DNA of 64,000 nt from assembly GCA_051294905.1 (NCBI GenBank), contig CM119375.1, positions 3,720,001-3,784,000 on the forward strand, given 5' to 3'. Source of the stretch: Botryllus schlosseri. Lineage: Eukaryota. Under the pieces are notes generated by a model, which had not been told where the DNA came from, did not search any database, and saw only the letters and a list, made by a program, of their open reading frames with translations. The first letter of the stretch is position 1. Each line of letters starts with the position of its first letter. Position numbers and translations under genes: made by a program. Shown one piece after another: positions 63,601 through 64,000 of the stretch.

Positions 63601-64000
63601 ATGTGAACCTACATATTATATCTTCATTTTCTACATCTACTTGAAGCAGTTAGTTACTAGTTCTACTTTTCAGTGTAAATTTATGGCAACACTTCTACTA
63701 CTATATGAGTATAGACTCTGACTACTTCATGAGCACTTCCGATAATAGCATATTTGATTTCTTAACAAACTAAATTACTATAGAATTCATACCTGTTTTC
63801 TCTCTAGCCGCCATTTCCGGCAGTGACACTGGAAGGCTTTCGCCAGCCCTGTTACAAGCCTTCATTCTAAACAAGTACATCCGTCCGGAAGACAAGTTCT
63901 CGATATTGTAAGACAGAGTTTTCAAGTTTTTATCGTTGCATCTACTCCAAGATCCGTCCTCAAGCCTTTGTTCGATGACATACGATATATTCGAGTCACC
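202..64000 (-). CDS. TTN: Titin/connectin, A-band D-zone to C-zone segment; multi-exon CDS, partial at both ends; 117 exons, ~8,241 aa, 84 Ig-I/FN3 domains
   Basis: Minus-strand ORF fragments carry repeated FN3 motifs (P-G-P-P..W..P..DGG..I..Y.VE..W....Y.FRV.A.N..G) and Ig motifs (G.P.P...W.K....D.G.Y). All fragments join at GT(GC)-AG sites with consistent phases; total 24,724 nt = 3x8241+1, matching a phase-1 donor at 201. The 7- then 11-domain super-repeat order is diagnostic of chordate titin A-band (established knowledge). Exon lists are in the segment features below. Confidence 0.96.
855..1180. mobile_element. Family A fold-back copy (two inverted arms, short spacer)
   Basis: atatacaattgaa...ggtaatcgtgagcaactagtagagaattgg... 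is complementary to ...actagttgctgacgattacccctgac...caattgcatattgaagttc. Confidence 0.85.
2820..3363. mobile_element. GAGTC/GACTC-rich element with imperfect TIR (CAGGGTTGTAAC / CAAGATTGTAAT), probably a non-autonomous DNA transposon
   Basis: Dense subterminal gagtc/gactc motifs at both ends; interior shared with 52385-52735. Confidence 0.65.
3631..13037 (-). CDS. TTN: TTN C-zone 11-domain super-repeat 4
   Basis: Exons 12835-13113 (part), 12424-12688, 12064-12274, 11223-11612, 10327-10559, 9105-9410, 7226-7619, 6782-7057, 5840-6131, 5141-5441, 4597-4770, and the 5' part of 3413-3843. Confidence 0.92.
4870..5110. repeat. Direct repeat with 155-bp period
   Basis: cctagttggggctaaagccgttcaagagatattggcaaatatag at 4905 and cctagttgtggctaaagccgtttaagatatattggcaaatatag at 5060; a second subrepeat at ~4874 and ~4975. 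Confidence 0.75.
7097..7170. mobile_element. Family A outer-arm fragment
   Basis: ggtacagaacttcaacgtacaattagataatgtattcatattgaaataaaccc. Confidence 0.65.
7972..8500. mobile_element. Family A cluster (one forward arm, two reverse arms)
   Basis: ggaggtacagaacttc...gggggtaatcgtcacc; reverse arms at ~8075-8185 and ~8375-8500. Confidence 0.8.
8581..8911 (-). mobile_element. tRNA-derived SINE, full length, copy 1
   Basis: Minus strand begins GACAAGATAGCGTAATGG (A-box-like)...GGTTCGTTCCC (B-box-like)...GGTCAGACCAAAGACCTG; the body is shared with two other copies; ends in an A-rich stretch plus an (AGTAGTGC)n tail. Confidence 0.85.
9657..10164. mobile_element. Diverged family B-like MITE, both arms
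   Basis: Left tatggttgttcaaaactaac..., right ...ttttaagtcaacctaacaatttt...ttggacactcata; resembles the family B arms. Confidence 0.55.
12703..12810. mobile_element. Family A single arm filling a 146-nt intron
   Basis: ttgaaataaacccgaatattttcggctgacactcatcaggggtaatcgtcag. Confidence 0.75.
13038..19705 (-). CDS. TTN: TTN C-zone 11-domain super-repeat 3
   Basis: Exons 18957-19787 (831 nt, largest in the window), 18096-18307, 17851-18035, 16903-17305, 16597-16694, 16330-16540, 16152-16272, 15832-16001, 15001-15362, 14195-14457, 13426-13839, and the 5' part of 12835-13113. Confidence 0.92.
16020..16130. repeat. Low-complexity (ATATCAC/ATATCAT)n microsatellite-like tract
   Basis: Directly visible; related ATATC-rich tracts at ~1729-2010, ~49980-50060 and ~61250-61340. 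Confidence 0.7.
18425..18925. mobile_element. Long-TIR fold-back element (family A), most complete copy
   Basis: Left arm ctcttggaagtacaggacttcaatat...aaataataaaggcgaacaaatcg (to ~18627) is reverse-complementary to the right arm cgatatttgttcgccttgattatt...tttatttcactatgaatata; ~120-bp spacer. Confidence 0.8.
19706..28495 (-). CDS. TTN: TTN C-zone 11-domain super-repeat 2
   Basis: Exons 28280-28495, 26902-27193, 25646-25895, 25483-25587, 24851-25073, 24552-24713, 24054-24260, 23820-23993, 23196-23318, 22962-23140, 22784-22901, 22135-22242, 21898-22077, 21674-21825, 21225-21369, 21010-21160, 20657-20808, 20376-20601, and the 5' part of 18957-19787. Confidence 0.92.
25260..25392. mobile_element. 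Family B right-arm fragment
   Basis: Reverse complement reads taaggctgttcaaaaattacttttc...gttgggttgcctaaaaaaa...aatttgactcaattccaac. Confidence 0.65.
25922..26100. mobile_element. Family A single arm
   Basis: tacaattgaatagtatattc...ctgacactcgtcaggggtaatcctcagcaactagtagagaattgg...cacaaaatatgatgtcac. Confidence 0.75.
27255..28255. mobile_element. Family A copy interrupted by the family B hAT MITE
   Basis: The left arm starts gaagagattcttggaggtacagaacttc at ~27255, breaks at 27335 and resumes at ~28003 (ttcggctgacacttgttacgggtaatcgtcagc); reverse-arm remnant at ~28130-28255. Confidence 0.8.
27336..27994. mobile_element. hAT-type MITE, 659-bp near-perfect palindrome with 8-bp TSD (family B)
   Basis: Termini TAGGGCTCTTCAAAAAT.../...ATTTTTGAAGAACCCTA; arms complementary almost to the centre (~27660); direct repeat ATGTTCAG at 27328-27335 and 27995-28002. 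Confidence 0.9.
28558..36553 (-). CDS. TTN: TTN C-zone 11-domain super-repeat 1 (Ig-F-F-Ig-F-F-F-Ig-F-F-F)
   Basis: Exons 36428-36586 (part), 36207-36363, 35401-35700, 34233-34357, 33999-34167, 33634-33909, 33192-33343, 32983-33130, 32760-32920, 32257-32398, 31857-32150 (GC donor), 30973-31174, 30697-30912, 30031-30206, 29810-29969, 28911-29053, 28558-28857. Confidence 0.92.
34840..35279. mobile_element. Family B MITE, internally deleted left arm
   Basis: TAGGGGTGTTCAAAAAT...ATTTATGAACACCCCTA termini; interior matches 27590-27994; no clean TSD. Confidence 0.8.
35778..35985. mobile_element. Family A fold-back copy, centre deleted
   Basis: gcaggtacagaacttcaatatataattgaa... and ...ttcaactgtatattgagctcctatgcctacaagaatctcttcaa. 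Confidence 0.7.
36554..41370 (-). CDS. TTN: TTN D-zone 7-domain super-repeat e (last D-zone repeat)
   Basis: Exons 41207-41452 (part), 41011-41132, 40762-40941, 40569-40702, 39985-40166, 39718-39919, 39082-39286, 38882-39024, 38663-38819, 37852-38032, 37185-37352, 36779-36992, 36428-36586 (part). Confidence 0.92.
38258..38390. mobile_element. Family A single arm (forward)
   Basis: ggaagtacagaacttcag...ttggctgactctcgtcagagctaatggtcagcaattagtagagaattg. Confidence 0.65.
39332..39405. mobile_element. Family A single arm (reverse)
   Basis: ttgaattctccactagtcgctgagtattac...tgccagctgaaaatatatttggg. Confidence 0.55.
41371..46767 (-). CDS. TTN: TTN D-zone 7-domain super-repeat d (third domain has an ~18-aa loop insertion)
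   Basis: Exons 46562-46767, 46045-46241, 45309-45419, 44875-45053, 44676-44813, 44262-44414, 43562-43804, 42764-43063, 42359-42464, 42035-42231, 41750-41975, and the 5' part of 41207-41452. Confidence 0.9.
41475..41670. mobile_element. Family A copy (forward arm plus short reverse remnant)
   Basis: catattgaaacagactcgaatactttcggctgacattcgtcagtagtaatcgtcaccaactagtagagaattg; reverse remnant aagttcttcacctcaaagaatctc. Confidence 0.7.
42481..42578. mobile_element. Family A outer-arm fragment abutting a splice acceptor
   Basis: cagagaacttcaatatacaattaggtaatatattcatatcgaaacgaac; starts ~15 nt from the acceptor at 42465. Confidence 0.6.
45484..45783 (-). mobile_element. tRNA-derived SINE, copy 2
   Basis: GACAAGATAGCGTGATGG...GGTTCAATTCC head; body aligns by eye with 8600-8911 along its length. 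Confidence 0.85.
46283..46455. mobile_element. Family B left-arm fragment
   Basis: tagggctgttcaaaaataacc...aaaattgttaggttgcctaaaa...ttggctcaatttcaacc. Confidence 0.7.
46817..47035. mobile_element. Family A copy
   Basis: gaagagactcttggagagaacttc...ttcggctgacactcgtggaggtaat...atatgatgtc. Confidence 0.7.
47178..53036 (-). CDS. TTN: TTN D-zone 7-domain super-repeat c
   Basis: Exons 52911-53036, 51662-52117, 50762-51064, 50360-50511, 50099-50228, 49604-49729, 49371-49541, 49156-49313, 47783-48003 (GC donor), 47178-47404. Confidence 0.92.
47478..47745. mobile_element. Family A fold-back copy filling most of a GC-AG intron
   Basis: ctcttggaggtacagaacttc...gctgacactcgtcagggg and reverse arm actagttgctga...gtgtcagc...tttcaatataaat. 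Confidence 0.75.
48438..48545. repeat. Three degenerate 36-bp tandem units
   Basis: cattcatgattattagatagttcggaggtcgatata / caatcatgattatttgctggtttggaagtcgacaga / cattcataagtatttcgctggtttggtggagatata. Confidence 0.75.
52385..52735. mobile_element. Second, truncated copy of the GAGTC-rich element
   Basis: ccgagtccaagtcatta..ttcactgttc, ggccctat.ttccaagtat, and cgagtcatatgacttggttcgagtcatgc are shared with 2930-3220 in the same orientation. Confidence 0.7.
53098..59127 (-). CDS. TTN: TTN D-zone 7-domain super-repeat b
   Basis: Exons 59021-59127, 58513-58690, 58268-58419 (GC donor), 57322-57787, 56166-56441, 55367-55595, 53697-54067, 53098-53397. Confidence 0.92.
53474..53649. repeat. Short imperfect inverted repeat (mini-MITE or hairpin)
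   Basis: gaggagtattcctagtgacaatc...tagcgttccccgtgaacat vs reverse complement gaggtgttcccggtgacgatcagcgttcaccatgaatat. Confidence 0.55.
57048..57285. mobile_element. MITE with ~28-bp terminal inverted repeats
   Basis: TGGAATCAAAGTGACTTATGTCCAGTTTT (57048-57076) vs reverse complement of 57257-57285, TGGAATCAAAGTGACCCATGTCCATTTTA. Confidence 0.75.
58750..58975. mobile_element. Family A fold-back copy
   Basis: aacttcgatatacaattgaat...ctcgtcagcaactagtagagaattc and reverse arm aatatttggatttatttcaatatgaata. Confidence 0.75.
59194..63295 (-). CDS. TTN: TTN D-zone 7-domain super-repeat a (Ig-FN3-FN3-Ig-FN3-FN3-FN3)
   Basis: Exons 63122-63295, 62934-63064, 62353-62502, 62171-62294, 61902-62061, 61579-61718, 61061-61234, 60881-60997, 60636-60819, 60462-60574, 60207-60400, 59436-59681, 59194-59374; all GT-AG, phases consistent. 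Confidence 0.92.
59988..60130 (-). mobile_element. Same SINE family, 5'-truncated copy 3
   Basis: Only the 3' half is present (gcggcatatacaccgactcatgat...gctggacaag...gctttctaa...tgctatccca); no tRNA head. Confidence 0.75.
63793..64000 (-). CDS. TTN: TTN exon(s): C-terminal part of an FN3 domain, probably last domain of the preceding 7-domain repeat (runs off the window)
   Basis: Reads [22 protein letters not shown]...[15 protein letters not shown]...AREKT; donor CAG|gtatga at 63792. Confidence 0.9.

Noticed and set aside
1-64000. Prokaryotic reading: operon of many small Ig/FN3 genes, CRISPR arrays, promoters
   Set aside because: Fragments begin and end at GT/AG splice signals and join in frame; the repeats are TE-like palindromes, not repeat-spacer arrays; alternative start codons in the ORF track are artefacts.
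202-64000. Identification as twitchin/projectin or myosin-binding protein C
   Set aside because: The 7- and 11-domain super-repeats and more than 8,000 aa of Ig/FN3 match titin A-band, not the FN3-FN3-Ig repeat of twitchin/projectin or the short MyBP-C.

Overview
Eukaryotic (not prokaryotic) genomic DNA lying entirely inside one giant minus-strand gene: a titin/connectin (TTN), A-band portion. I traced 117 exons by hand (202..64000). They splice into one uninterrupted frame of 24,724 nt (8,241 codons + 1 nt), with every exon phase matching its neighbour. The frame encodes 84 Ig/FN3 domains (first and last partial): the last FN3 of a preceding repeat, five complete 7-domain D-zone super-repeats (Ig-F-F-Ig-F-F-F), four complete 11-domain C-zone super-repeats (Ig-F-F-Ig-F-F-F-Ig-F-F-F) and the start of a fifth. 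The gene is open at both window ends. AT-rich introns with a 53-74 nt size peak suggest an invertebrate chordate, plausibly an ascidian (inference). The most striking signal is an abrupt switch in gene architecture at ~20.6 kb. Upstream of it, 38 of 57 domain junctions carry a phase-1 intron. From the last FN3 of C-repeat 2 onward, 0 of 26 do, and all introns fall at internal positions not shared between repeats. This looks like an ancestral giant exon (cf. human TTN exon 326) that was later re-colonised by new introns. Introns also hold a long-TIR fold-back element family (about 15 loci), a palindromic hAT-type MITE with an intact 8-bp TSD nested inside one of them, three copies of a tRNA-derived SINE, other MITEs, and an unexplained island with a 173-codon open frame. 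Four introns use GC donors. Repeat boundaries are approximate (+/- about 10-20 nt); exon boundaries were read from the splice signals.
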